A DNA stretch of 32,000 nucleotides from Psychrobacter sp. HD31 (GTDB taxonomy: Bacteria; Pseudomonadota; Gammaproteobacteria; Pseudomonadales; Moraxellaceae): contig NZ_CP142525.1 in NCBI RefSeq assembly GCF_051097895.1, forward strand, positions 510,001 through 542,000, in the 5' to 3' direction. Position 1 is the stretch's first letter, and each line of letters opens with the position of its first letter. Made by a program: the position numbers and the translations under genes. The notes beneath the pieces are model-generated. The model was given only the letters and a program-made list of their open reading frames with translations. It did not search any database and was not told the DNA's origin. Of the stretch, positions 1 to 8,341 are shown in pieces.

Positions 1-104
1 TTACTTTAAACAAATCTCAAACCGATGAGTCAACAGACAATAATGACAGCCAAGTTGTGCTAACTGTGACTGAGTCTCTTAAACCACAAGAATCAAATGT
101 TTAA
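1..104 (+). CDS. 3' end of an unidentified upstream CDS (partial)
   Basis: Frame 3 is open from the window edge to TAA at 102-104 (..TLNKSQTDESTDNNDSQVVLTVTESLKPQESNV*). No recognisable motif. Called only because the frame is open to the edge. Confidence 0.25.
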   Translation, partial: TLNKSQTDESTDNNDSQVVLTVTESLKPQESNV

Positions 105-153
105 TTTATTTTAATAATAAACTTTTAAAATTGATAAAGAATATGGATGCGTG

Positions 154-873
154 ATGAGTAATAAATCAGCCGAAGAAAAACAAGCCATTTTAGATAAAGT
201 GCAATTACCAAGTGATTGGAAACAAGCATTGGCTGACGAGTTAACCAGTGACAATATGGATGGTTTAAGAACCTTTTTACGTGCAGAATATGCTGATGGA
301 AAAACCATATATCCCCCAGCAAATCAAATTTTTAATGCGTTTAACTTAACGCCTTTATCAAAAGTAAGGGTAGTGATTTTAGGACAAGACCCTTACCATG
401 GCGCTGGGCAGGCAATGGGGTTGTCATTTTCTGTACCAAAGTCGATTCCAAAACCGCCATCATTAAACAATATTTTAAAAGAAATGGCAGATGACATCGG
501 GACGCTATATTCAAACCATGGTGATTTAACGCATTGGGCTAAGCAAGGCGTACTTTTGTTAAACAGCTCATTGACTGTGCAAGAAGGCAATGCAGGTAGC
601 CATCAAAAACAAGGTTGGGAGCAGTTTACCGATGCAGTGATTGATGTCGTTAATAAGCAAACGCAAAACACCGTATTTGTTTTATGGGGCAGTTATGCAA
701 AGAAAAAAGGTAAATATATTGATGCGGATAAGCACCTGATTTTAAGTGCGGTGCATCCATCACCATTGTCTGCTAACCGTGGTGGTTTTTTTGGTACAAA
801 ACCATTTTCTCAGGCCAATCAATATTTAACTATGCACGGCAAAGATGCCATAGACTGGCAACTACCTCAATAA
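154..873 (+). CDS. ung: Uracil-DNA glycosylase
   Basis: Family-1 UDG motifs GQDPYH (water-activating loop) and HPSPLS (Leu-intercalation loop), with typical length of about 240 aa. ATG at 154 is preferred over the in-frame GTG at 151 given by the ORF track. Confidence 0.95.
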   Translation: MSNKSAEEKQAILDKVQLPSDWKQALADELTSDNMDGLRTFLRAEYADGKTIYPPANQIFNAFNLTPLSKVRVVILGQDPYHGAGQAMGLSFSVPKSIPKPPSLNNILKEMADDIGTLYSNHGDLTHWAKQGVLLLNSSLTVQEGNAGSHQKQGWEQFTDAVIDVVNKQTQNTVFVLWGSYAKKKGKYIDADKHLILSAVHPSPLSANRGGFFGTKPFSQANQYLTMHGKDAIDWQLPQ

Positions 874-905
874 ACTTAAAAATAATACTTGATTAAAAAA
901 ACGGC

Positions 906-1451
906 ATGACACAGTTTAGTCAACATGACAAAAAATATATGAGGCAGGCACTGGAACTTGCTAAGCAAGCTGCTGAACAAGGAGAAGTACCAGTTGGTGC
1001 AGTATTAGTACAATTTGATGAGGAAGATAATGCAAAAGTTATAGGGCGAGGGTTTAATCAACCAATTGCCAAACATGATCCAACCAGTCATGCGGAGATT
1101 GTTGCACTAAGAGATGCTTGTACTAGTCTTAACAATTATCGCTTACCAGAAAACACCACTTTATATGTCAGCCTTGAGCCTTGTACAATGTGTGTGGGGG
1201 CATTGATTCATGCGCGTTTAAATCGGTTAGTTTTTGCTACAACAGAACCAAGAGCGGGCATGGTTGGTAGTCAAGCCAATTTATTAGAACAAGACTTTTA
1301 TAATCATAACATTAAGGTTCAGTTCGGTTTATATGCCGATGAGTCTGCACAGATATTACGAGATTTCTTTCGTGAACGTCGCAGTATAAAAAAACACAAG
1401 CAAAAGATAAACGTAAATCAGCTACGCTTGCTTGAAAGAAACGAAACTTAA
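906..1451 (+). CDS. tadA: tRNA-specific adenosine deaminase (CDA-fold zinc deaminase)
   Basis: HAE ... PCTMC zinc-binding and catalytic motifs and a TadA-like N-terminus (MRQALELAKQAAEQGEVPVGAVLV). It has a basic C-terminal extension of about 25 aa. Confidence 0.85.
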   Translation: MTQFSQHDKKYMRQALELAKQAAEQGEVPVGAVLVQFDEEDNAKVIGRGFNQPIAKHDPTSHAEIVALRDACTSLNNYRLPENTTLYVSLEPCTMCVGALIHARLNRLVFATTEPRAGMVGSQANLLEQDFYNHNIKVQFGLYADESAQILRDFFRERRSIKKHKQKINVNQLRLLERNET

Positions 1452-1481
1452 CATCCTTATCCTTTATCTCATAAAATTTAC

Positions 1482-1521
1482 AAAAAACGTTTAATAAGTA
1501 TAGAGTTATTAAGCGTTTTTT
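1482..1521 (+). terminator. Rho-independent terminator after tadA
   Basis: 16-nt inverted repeat aaaaaacgtttaataa / ttattaagcgtttttt (one mismatch) around an 8-nt loop, ending in a T-run. A-run and T-run flanks allow bidirectional function. Confidence 0.6.
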
Positions 1522-1579
1522 GATATAATCCGCCTTTAATTTTGTTTGACAATTACATATATTTAAATCAGAGTTTTAA

Positions 1580-2287
1580 ATGACTTCAATAAAGCAAGCG
1601 TATCCAATAATTACTATTGATGGACCAAGTGGTGCGGGTAAAGGCACAATCGCTTGGAAACTTGCAAATGCGTTAGGTTATCAACTGTTAGACTCTGGTG
1701 CTTTATATCGCATTGTTGGCTTAAAAGCACATCAAGCTAACTTGTTAAATGATGAAATTAATGAGAATGCGTTAGAAAAACTAACACAATCATTAAAAAT
1801 TGAATTTATTGCGAATCAAGAAACAGGTACGATAGATATTTTGGTTAATGATGAGCAAATAGGTGCGACTATCCGCAATGAAACCGTTGGTGGATACGCA
1901 TCACAAGTGGCAGTATTTCCAAAAGTACGTCAAGCACTATTAGATTTACAGCGTGATATGGCTTATCGTAGTGGCGTTATTGCCGATGGGCGTGATATGG
2001 GTACGGTGGTTTTCCCCAATGCGGTTGCCAAAGTATTCTTAACTGCTAGTGCTAAAGCACGTGCTGATAGACGTGTAGGACAATTAAAAGAATCTGGTCA
2101 GCCTGCTGATTATGACGAGATTTTGGCAAACATTAAGGCACGTGATGAGCGTGACGAAAACCGAAGTGCTTCTCCAAGTGTGCCAGCAGAAGATGCACTT
2201 GTATTGGACAGCTCGGTAATGGATATTGAGGCAGTTTATCAAGCGGTAAAAACGCACTGTCTGAATCAAGGAATTAGTTTTTCATAA
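1580..2287 (+). CDS. cmk: Cytidylate kinase
   Basis: P-loop IDGPSGAGKGT, LDSGALYR motif, and the conserved cmk-rpsA-ihfB gene order. Confidence 0.95.
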   Translation: MTSIKQAYPIITIDGPSGAGKGTIAWKLANALGYQLLDSGALYRIVGLKAHQANLLNDEINENALEKLTQSLKIEFIANQETGTIDILVNDEQIGATIRNETVGGYASQVAVFPKVRQALLDLQRDMAYRSGVIADGRDMGTVVFPNAVAKVFLTASAKARADRRVGQLKESGQPADYDEILANIKARDERDENRSASPSVPAEDALVLDSSVMDIEAVYQAVKTHCLNQGISFS

Positions 2288-2397
2288 GTTTTTATTAAAA
2301 AATTACAGCCTAGTTTTTTAACAAAAATTTAAAGTTTTTTATATGCAAAGTTAAGGTTAAAACCAGCTTAATCGTCTTAATTTTGCATTAACGTGAA

Positions 2398-2441
2398 CCA
2401 TACTGTGCTGGACAGGCTATGGCAATTACCCATAAATGGGT
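2398..2441 (+). promoter_or_regulatory. Structured rpsA 5' leader (two adjacent hairpins)
   Basis: Hairpin 1: CCATACTGT (2398-2406) / ACAG-gc-TATGG (2412-2422). Hairpin 2: ACCC (2428-2431) / GGGT (2438-2441). Further upstream, ATGCAAA (2342-2348) pairs with TTTGCAT (2382-2388). By analogy, the E. coli rpsA leader is a multi-hairpin, S1-autoregulated element. Confidence 0.3.
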
Positions 2442-2456
2442 GCAAAAGGTATATAT

Positions 2457-4127
2457 ATGGAATCATTTGCTGAACTATTTGAAGCAAGTCTTGGTGAACA
2501 AGGTCTTGATATTGAGCGTGGCTCGGTTGTAACTGGTGTTGTTGTTGCGATTGATAGCGACTGGATTACAGTTGACACAGGTCTTAAATCTGAAGGCGTT
2601 GTTTCTCGCAACGAATTTGTTGACGCAGAAGGCGAGCTTGAAGTAGAAGTTGGTAGCACAATCGACGTAGTTGTTGATGCTGTTGACAATGGCATGGGTC
2701 AAACCTTGCTTTCTCGTGAAAAAGCAAAACGCGTAGAAACGTGGAAGCACTTAGAAACATTATTTGAGAATGATGAAATTGTTAAAGGTACAATTTCAAA
2801 TAAAGTAAAAGGCGGTTTCACGGTTGAAATCGGTTCTGTACGTGCATTCTTACCTGGTTCTTTAGTAGATGTTCGCCCAGTACGTGACACCACTCACATT
2901 GAAGGCAAAGAACTTGAATTTAAACTAATCAAGTTAGACCAAAAGCGTAACAACGTTGTTGTAAGTCGCCGTGCCGTTATGGAAGCTGAAAATTCAGCAG
3001 AGCGTGAAGAGCTACTTGCTAAGCTAGAAGAAGGCATGGAAGCACCAGGTATCGTTAAAAACCTTACTGATTACGGTGCATTTGTAGACTTAGGTGGTAT
3101 CGACGGTCTATTACACATTACTGACATGGCATGGAAGCGTATCAAGCATCCATCAGAAGTTGTTGAAGTGGGTCAAGAGCTTAACGTTAAAGTACTTAAG
3201 TTTGATCGCGAGCGCAACCGTGTTAGCCTAGGCCTAAAACAATTAGGTACAGATCCTTGGAACGTTGTTAGCGAACAGTATCCAGTAGGTACGATTGCTA
3301 AAGCACGTGTTACTAACCTAACTGATTATGGTTGTTTTGCAGAAATTGCAGAAGGCATTGAAGGTCTTGTTCACGTTTCAGAAATGGATCATACCAATAA
3401 AAACATCCACCCATCTAAAGTTGTTCAAGTTGGTGATGAAGTTGATGTTATGGTTCTTGATATTGATGGTGAACGTCGCCGTATCAGCCTTGGTATCAAA
3501 CAAACCAAAGCAAACCCATGGGAAGAGTTTGACAAAAACTACAACCGTGGCGATAAGCTAACAGGTACAATTAAGTCTATCACTGACTTTGGTATCTTTA
3601 TTGGTCTTGAAGGCGGTATTGATGGTCTTGTTCACCTATCTGATATTTCTTGGAATGAATCAGGTGAAGAAGCGATCCGTGCTTACAACAAAGGTGATGA
3701 AGTTGAAGCAATGGTATTGTCTGTTGATGCAGAAGCAAACCGTATCAGCCTAGGTATCAAACAACTTTCATCTGATCCATTTAATGAGTACTTGGTTGCT
3801 AACGACCGTGGTGCAATCGTTAAAGGTTCTGTTAAAGAAGTTGACGCTAAAGGTGCCGTTATCACATTAGCTGATGAAGTTGAAGGCTACTTACGTGCGT
3901 CAGAAATCCAACGTGACCGTGTTGAAGATGCAACTAAGTTCTTGAATGAAGGTGACGAAGTAGAAGCTAAAATTGTTAGCGTTGACCGTAAGTCACGCAA
4001 CATCAGCTTGTCTATTAAAGCAAAAGATGAAGCTGAAGAGCGTCAAGCGCTTAAAGACTTAAGTTCTGCACCAGAAGCTCAGCCTAAAACTTTAGGTGAC
4101 TTAATTAAAGAGCAACAAGGTGAATAA
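2457..4127 (+). CDS. rpsA: 30S ribosomal protein S1
   Basis: Six S1/OB repeats and an N-terminus MESFAELFE.. matching gammaproteobacterial S1. ATG at 2457 gives 556 aa (E. coli 557) and has AAGG 7 nt upstream. The ORF-track start at 2436 adds 7 non-conserved residues. Confidence 0.97.
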   Translation: MESFAELFEASLGEQGLDIERGSVVTGVVVAIDSDWITVDTGLKSEGVVSRNEFVDAEGELEVEVGSTIDVVVDAVDNGMGQTLLSREKAKRVETWKHLETLFENDEIVKGTISNKVKGGFTVEIGSVRAFLPGSLVDVRPVRDTTHIEGKELEFKLIKLDQKRNNVVVSRRAVMEAENSAEREELLAKLEEGMEAPGIVKNLTDYGAFVDLGGIDGLLHITDMAWKRIKHPSEVVEVGQELNVKVLKFDRERNRVSLGLKQLGTDPWNVVSEQYPVGTIAKARVTNLTDYGCFAEIAEGIEGLVHVSEMDHTNKNIHPSKVVQVGDEVDVMVLDIDGERRRISLGIKQTKANPWEEFDKNYNRGDKLTGTIKSITDFGIFIGLEGGIDGLVHLSDISWNESGEEAIRAYNKGDEVEAMVLSVDAEANRISLGIKQLSSDPFNEYLVANDRGAIVKGSVKEVDAKGAVITLADEVEGYLRASEIQRDRVEDATKFLNEGDEVEAKIVSVDRKSRNISLSIKAKDEAEERQALKDLSSAPEAQPKTLGDLIKEQQGE

Positions 4128-4164
4128 TTAATTGTTCATTTAGCTATTTATTGATTTAAATGCT

Positions 4165-4198
4165 AAAAGGGAGGTGATTGAAATCACCTCTCTTTTTT
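4165..4198 (+). terminator. Rho-independent terminator after rpsA
   Basis: GAGGTGA (4171-4177) / TCACCTC (4184-4190) with a 6-nt loop. The stem is extended by flanking A/T pairs and followed by a T-run (4193-4198). Confidence 0.75.
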
Positions 4199-4309
4199 GT
4201 TTAATATTTTTAATTTCAATAGGTTAGCTATTTTCTTTTTGTTTTATTTCAGGTATTATTACCTACTAATATTAAAAATTAATTAAAAGACTTATAAGGT
4301 ATATTTTTT

Positions 4310-4609
4310 ATGCAAAAAATAATTAATAAATCCGATTTTATTAATAATCTTGCTGACAATTGTGAGAACATTAATCATCTAAAAGTTGATGATGCGGTAC
4401 GTGAAATTTTGGGGATGATGGCACATTATCTTGTAAATGATGGTCGTATTGAGGTACGTGGTTTTGGCAGCTTTAGTTTACATCATCGTAAACCACGAGT
4501 AGGGCGCAACCCAAAAACTGGTGAGCAGGTATCAGTAGCGGCAAAGGCGATTCCTCATTTTAAACCTGGCAAAGCACTGCGTGAAGCGGTTAATGACAGT
4601 ATTCAATAA
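4310..4609 (+). CDS. ihfB: Integration host factor beta subunit
   Basis: HU/IHF fold signature [23 protein letters not shown], 99 aa, located downstream of rpsA as in many Gammaproteobacteria. Confidence 0.93.
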   Translation: MQKIINKSDFINNLADNCENINHLKVDDAVREILGMMAHYLVNDGRIEVRGFGSFSLHHRKPRVGRNPKTGEQVSVAAKAIPHFKPGKALREAVNDSIQ

Positions 4610-4724
4610 AATGGCAGGTCGCTTATAAAAATATTTTAAATTGTATTAATTTATTATTAAGCTTTATTAACCATAGTCATAATATGGTATTCTATGACCT
4701 GCTAATGTTATCGAGGATTTAATT

Positions 4725-5102
4725 ATGCGTTATATCTTACTTCTTATTTTATTTGTGTTTTTTGGCTATGCAATTGGCTTAGTGATTACAAACAATCAAG
4801 AACTGCCAGTAAATTTGTTATTTGTACAGTCACCTGAAATGAACCTTGGTTCGTTGTTGATTATGGCAATGATACTTGGGGTGGTTATTGGTATTTTGTT
4901 ATCTATTCAGTTATTTAAAGTTATTCAAAATAAGTGGGAAATCAGCCAACTTAAAAAAGAGAAGAAATCTTTAAAAAATAAACTTAATGATGCTCAGCAG
5001 AAAATAGAAGAAAAAACAAAATTATTGGCAGCAACAAATAAGATATATGCAGATACCAGTAAAAAACCAACTGAAACGGTATCCACAACAGATGTTAAAT
5101 AA
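4725..5102 (+). CDS. LapA-like (DUF1049-type) small inner-membrane protein with a coiled-coil tail
   Basis: Two predicted TM helices (LLLILFVFFGYAIGLVI; LGSLLIMAMILGVVIGILLSI) followed by a K/E-rich helix. A position after ihfB is typical of lapA-family genes. No lapB follows here. Confidence 0.6.
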   Translation: MRYILLLILFVFFGYAIGLVITNNQELPVNLLFVQSPEMNLGSLLIMAMILGVVIGILLSIQLFKVIQNKWEISQLKKEKKSLKNKLNDAQQKIEEKTKLLAATNKIYADTSKKPTETVSTTDVK

Positions 5103-5163
5103 AAGCATTTGGTTTTCAACTTAACATTTGTTAGTGAAACCATTGAATTGTTTTGTTATTTTT

Positions 5164-5200
5164 AATAAATCATGGCATTATTGTCATGATTTATTTTTTT
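5164..5200 (+). terminator. Rho-independent terminator after the lapA-like gene
   Basis: AATAAATCATG (5164-5174) / CATGATTTATT (5185-5195) followed by a T-run to 5200. Confidence 0.7.
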
Positions 5201-5228
5201 ATATTTTATAAGATTTAAGGAACAAGAA

Positions 5229-6452
5229 ATGCCAGTAGGAAATTGCGATACACCACAACATATATATCCAATCAACGGAGTTGAAATTGGAGTAACTGCT
5301 GCTGGTGTTCGTTATCAAAATAGAGATGATTTGGTGGTTATGAAGATAACCGACTCTGCAAATACGGCTATCATCACCACAAAAAATGGATTTTGTGCAG
5401 CGCCTGTTTTAGTATTGCGTCATCATTTTGCAAAGCAACAACCCAAGTTTTTAGTAACCAATACGGGCAATGCAAATGCAGGGACTGGTGAAGAAGGTTA
5501 CAAAAGAGCATTAGCGAGTTGTCAGGCATTAGCAGACAAAGCCAATGTAGATATAGCGAGTGTTTTACCATTTTCTACTGGGGTGATTGGTGAGCAACTT
5601 AATGATAGCGCATTAATTAATGGTTTAGATGATGCGTTAACAGATTTAGATGCTAATAACTGGCTTAAAGGTGCCGACGGCATAAGAACAACGGATATTG
5701 TGCCAAAAGTTGCCAGTGAAAAAGTAAATATTGATGGCATTGACTATCATGTAACGGGTATGTCAAAAGGTTCGGGCATGATTCGTCCTAATATGGCAAC
5801 CATGTTAGGGTATGTAGCAACAGATGCCAATATCTCAAAAGACTTATTACACAATATGCTTGTCGAATTGAGCAATCAATCATTTAATCGCATATCGGTT
5901 GATGGTGATATGTCAACCAATGACTGCTGTACGTTAATTGCGACAGGTAAAGCATCAGATAGCATCATTGACAGTACAAAACACTCCCATTACCAAGCGC
6001 TATTTGAGGCAATGCAAAAAGTATTTATACGCCTTGCGACATTAATCGTTAGAGATGGTGAAGGTGCTAGTAAATTTATAACCGTTAATGTCACAGGTGG
6101 TAAAACGACGAAAGAGTGCTGTGATGTGGCTTATGCTGTTGCCCATTCACCATTGGTCAAAACGGCGTTTTTTGCCAGCGACCCAAATTGGGGACGGATT
6201 TTAGCAGCGGTAGGCTATGCAGGATTAGCAGAACTTGATACGACTAAAATTAAAGTTTGCTTAGATGATGTGTTGATTTGTGAACGGGGCATGCCAGCTA
6301 ATAGTTATAATGAAGAAGCAGGACAAGAAGTTATGAGTCGTCCTGAGATTTCTATTAATATTGAACTTGGACGAGGTGATGCCAGTGACACCGTTTATAC
6401 CTGTGATTTATCTTACGACTATGTCAAGATTAATGCTGACTATCGTAGTTAG
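5229..6452 (+). CDS. argJ: Bifunctional glutamate N-acetyltransferase / amino-acid acetyltransferase (ornithine acetyltransferase)
   Basis: ArgJ-family length (407 aa), the conserved autoproteolysis motif PNMATMLGY (ATML) and the C-terminal YVKINADYRS. AAGGAA Shine-Dalgarno upstream. Confidence 0.93.
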   Translation: MPVGNCDTPQHIYPINGVEIGVTAAGVRYQNRDDLVVMKITDSANTAIITTKNGFCAAPVLVLRHHFAKQQPKFLVTNTGNANAGTGEEGYKRALASCQALADKANVDIASVLPFSTGVIGEQLNDSALINGLDDALTDLDANNWLKGADGIRTTDIVPKVASEKVNIDGIDYHVTGMSKGSGMIRPNMATMLGYVATDANISKDLLHNMLVELSNQSFNRISVDGDMSTNDCCTLIATGKASDSIIDSTKHSHYQALFEAMQKVFIRLATLIVRDGEGASKFITVNVTGGKTTKECCDVAYAVAHSPLVKTAFFASDPNWGRILAAVGYAGLAELDTTKIKVCLDDVLICERGMPANSYNEEAGQEVMSRPEISINIELGRGDASDTVYTCDLSYDYVKINADYRS

Positions 6453-6518
6453 TTTAGTAGTTAAGCGTTAAACTGTATATTTAGCTACTGTATATTTTTA
6501 GCTATTGATAGATAAAAT

Positions 6519-6553
6519 AAAAGGTGATGGAGTAAAGCGCCGTCACCTTTTTT
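6519..6553. terminator. Bidirectional rho-independent terminator shared by convergent argJ and sdaA
   Basis: aaaaggtgatgg (6519-6530) / ccgtcacctttt (6540-6551), with a G-U at one position. A-run and T-run flanks give a U-tract on both strands. Confidence 0.75.
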
Positions 6554-6567
6554 ATTGTGTTACTACT

Positions 6568-8022
6568 TTAACATTGACTAAAGTTAACACTCACACCAAG
6601 GTTAGCAGTAGGGATACGATTGGCATGAATTGCCAACCCACCACGGGCGGTTTCTTTGTATTTATCATGCATATCTTCGCCGGTTTCTTTCATGGTTTCA
6701 ATAGCTTTATCAAGTGATACAAAATGAGTGCCATCTCCACGGCGTGCTAGGCGTGATGCATTAATTGCTTTTACTGCGGCCATGGCGTTACGCTCAATAC
6801 AAGGTACTTGTACCAATCCTTCAATAGGATCACAAGTTAAACCAAGATTGTGCTCAATACCAATTTCGGCAGCATTTAAACATTGAGCTGGTGTACCATT
6901 TAATATCTCGGTAAGCCCAGCTGCTGCCATTGCACAGGCCGAACCAACCTCACCTTGGCAGCCAACTTCTGCACCTGAGATTGATGCATTTTGTTTAATA
7001 ATACTGCCAATGGCTGTGGCTGTTAGTAAAAACCTATGTATGCCTTGTGTGTCTGAGTCATTGATAAAATCACGATAATAATGCAAAACAGCGGGTATGA
7101 TACCAGCAGCCCCATTTGTAGGTGCAGTAACAACTTTGCCACCGTTTGCATTTTCTTCATTAACAGCAATAGCGTATAAGTTAACCCAATCCATTGCGAC
7201 AAAAGAATCGTTTAATTGTTGCGCTTGTTTGTGCTCATGGCTTAACTGCTCGTATAAAGATTTTGCACGTCGTTTGACATTGAGACCACCTGGTAAAGTA
7301 CCATCGTCCGCATAGCCATTTTTTACACAAGATTGCATCACTTGCCAAACATCATTAAGGTAATTTTCGATAGTTTGTAAATCACGATTTGCTTGCTCAT
7401 TTGCTAAAACTAATTGGCTGATAGAGAGCTGATGTTCTTTACATTGCTGGAGCAGTTCTTCTGCTGAGTTAAAAGGATAGGGTAGTAGAGATACTTCATC
7501 ATCTGAAGCTGCTTGATTATCATTTTGATTATAAATTTCATTGCCATCGAGTACAAATCCACCACCGACCGAATAGTAAGTTTGGCGGATATGACTATGA
7601 TCTGTCAAAACTGCCGTAATACTCAGTGCATTGGGGTGATATGTGAGTACTGCATCATAGTGCCAGATTAAATCGCAATTATAATTAAAGTCTATATGGT
7701 GTTTGCCAGCAAGCATGAGTGTTTGTTGATCAAAAATAGGGTTAAGATAATCACTAGTTTTTGTGGTATCAATGCTAGCAGGGCTATGACCAAGTAAGCC
7801 TAGCAAAATAGCAGTATCTGTTGCGTGTCCTTTTCCTGTTGCTGCCAATGAGCCAAACAGTTCGATACGAATTTTATCTATTTGATAAAACTTACCTTCA
7901 GAATCTTTATCGAGATATTCTTCTAGTAGGTCTAAAAATCGGTTGCCAGCAACCATCGGCCCTACTGTATGAGAGCTAGAAGGACCAACGCCTATTTTAA
8001 ACAAATCAAAAACACTTACCAT
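6568..8022 (-). CDS. sdaA: L-serine dehydratase (iron-sulfur type, single-chain)
   Basis: N-terminus [23 protein letters not shown] is the hallmark of SdaA/SdaB/TdcG. Both alpha and beta domains are present in one 484-aa chain. Confidence 0.92.
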   Translation of the reverse strand: MVSVFDLFKIGVGPSSSHTVGPMVAGNRFLDLLEEYLDKDSEGKFYQIDKIRIELFGSLAATGKGHATDTAILLGLLGHSPASIDTTKTSDYLNPIFDQQTLMLAGKHHIDFNYNCDLIWHYDAVLTYHPNALSITAVLTDHSHIRQTYYSVGGGFVLDGNEIYNQNDNQAASDDEVSLLPYPFNSAEELLQQCKEHQLSISQLVLANEQANRDLQTIENYLNDVWQVMQSCVKNGYADDGTLPGGLNVKRRAKSLYEQLSHEHKQAQQLNDSFVAMDWVNLYAIAVNEENANGGKVVTAPTNGAAGIIPAVLHYYRDFINDSDTQGIHRFLLTATAIGSIIKQNASISGAEVGCQGEVGSACAMAAAGLTEILNGTPAQCLNAAEIGIEHNLGLTCDPIEGLVQVPCIERNAMAAVKAINASRLARRGDGTHFVSLDKAIETMKETGEDMHDKYKETARGGLAIHANRIPTANLGVSVNFSQC

Positions 8023-8222
8023 GCTTTCCTCATCTCAATTTTAGTTTACTAAATTTAAAAAGTTATTTTACCTATAATTTAAAGTGTAAGATAGTTATTT
8101 AATTTAGTTGTTGTGGTAAAATAGCAAAATTACAAAAAAATAACTAATAAGCTAGGAAACAATTTTTTTATTTATACATTTATTTAATAAATATAAATTC
8201 AATCATTATTAAAAATTCAAAA

Positions 8223-8275
8223 TTAACACATCTTTTATTAACTGGATATAATGTACAACTGTATACTTATTGTAC
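8223..8275 (+). promoter_or_regulatory. Candidate aceE promoter with an overlapping palindromic operator
   Basis: TTAACA (8223-8228), an 18-bp spacer, then a perfect TATAAT (8247-8252). Immediately after comes the inverted repeat GTACAA (8253-8258) ... TTGTAC (8270-8275), which encloses GTATAC. It lies about 70-90 nt upstream of the aceE ATG. Confidence 0.35.
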
Positions 8276-8341
8276 CCAAGTTTAAATAAAAAACTTATCA
8301 ATTAACGTTATCATTCATTTTAAAGCTTATAAGGAACAAGA

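Noticed and set aside
2436-2456. Upstream ATG at 2436 as the rpsA start (ORF-track call)
   Set aside because: It adds MGAKGIY, which is absent from S1 orthologues, and it lies inside a leader hairpin. ATG at 2457 has AAGG at proper spacing and yields the canonical [10 protein letters not shown]-terminus and length.
6505-6717. 70-aa plus-strand ORF spanning the argJ/sdaA terminator
   Set aside because: It starts within the bidirectional terminator hairpin and runs antisense through the conserved C-terminus of sdaA, so it is spurious.
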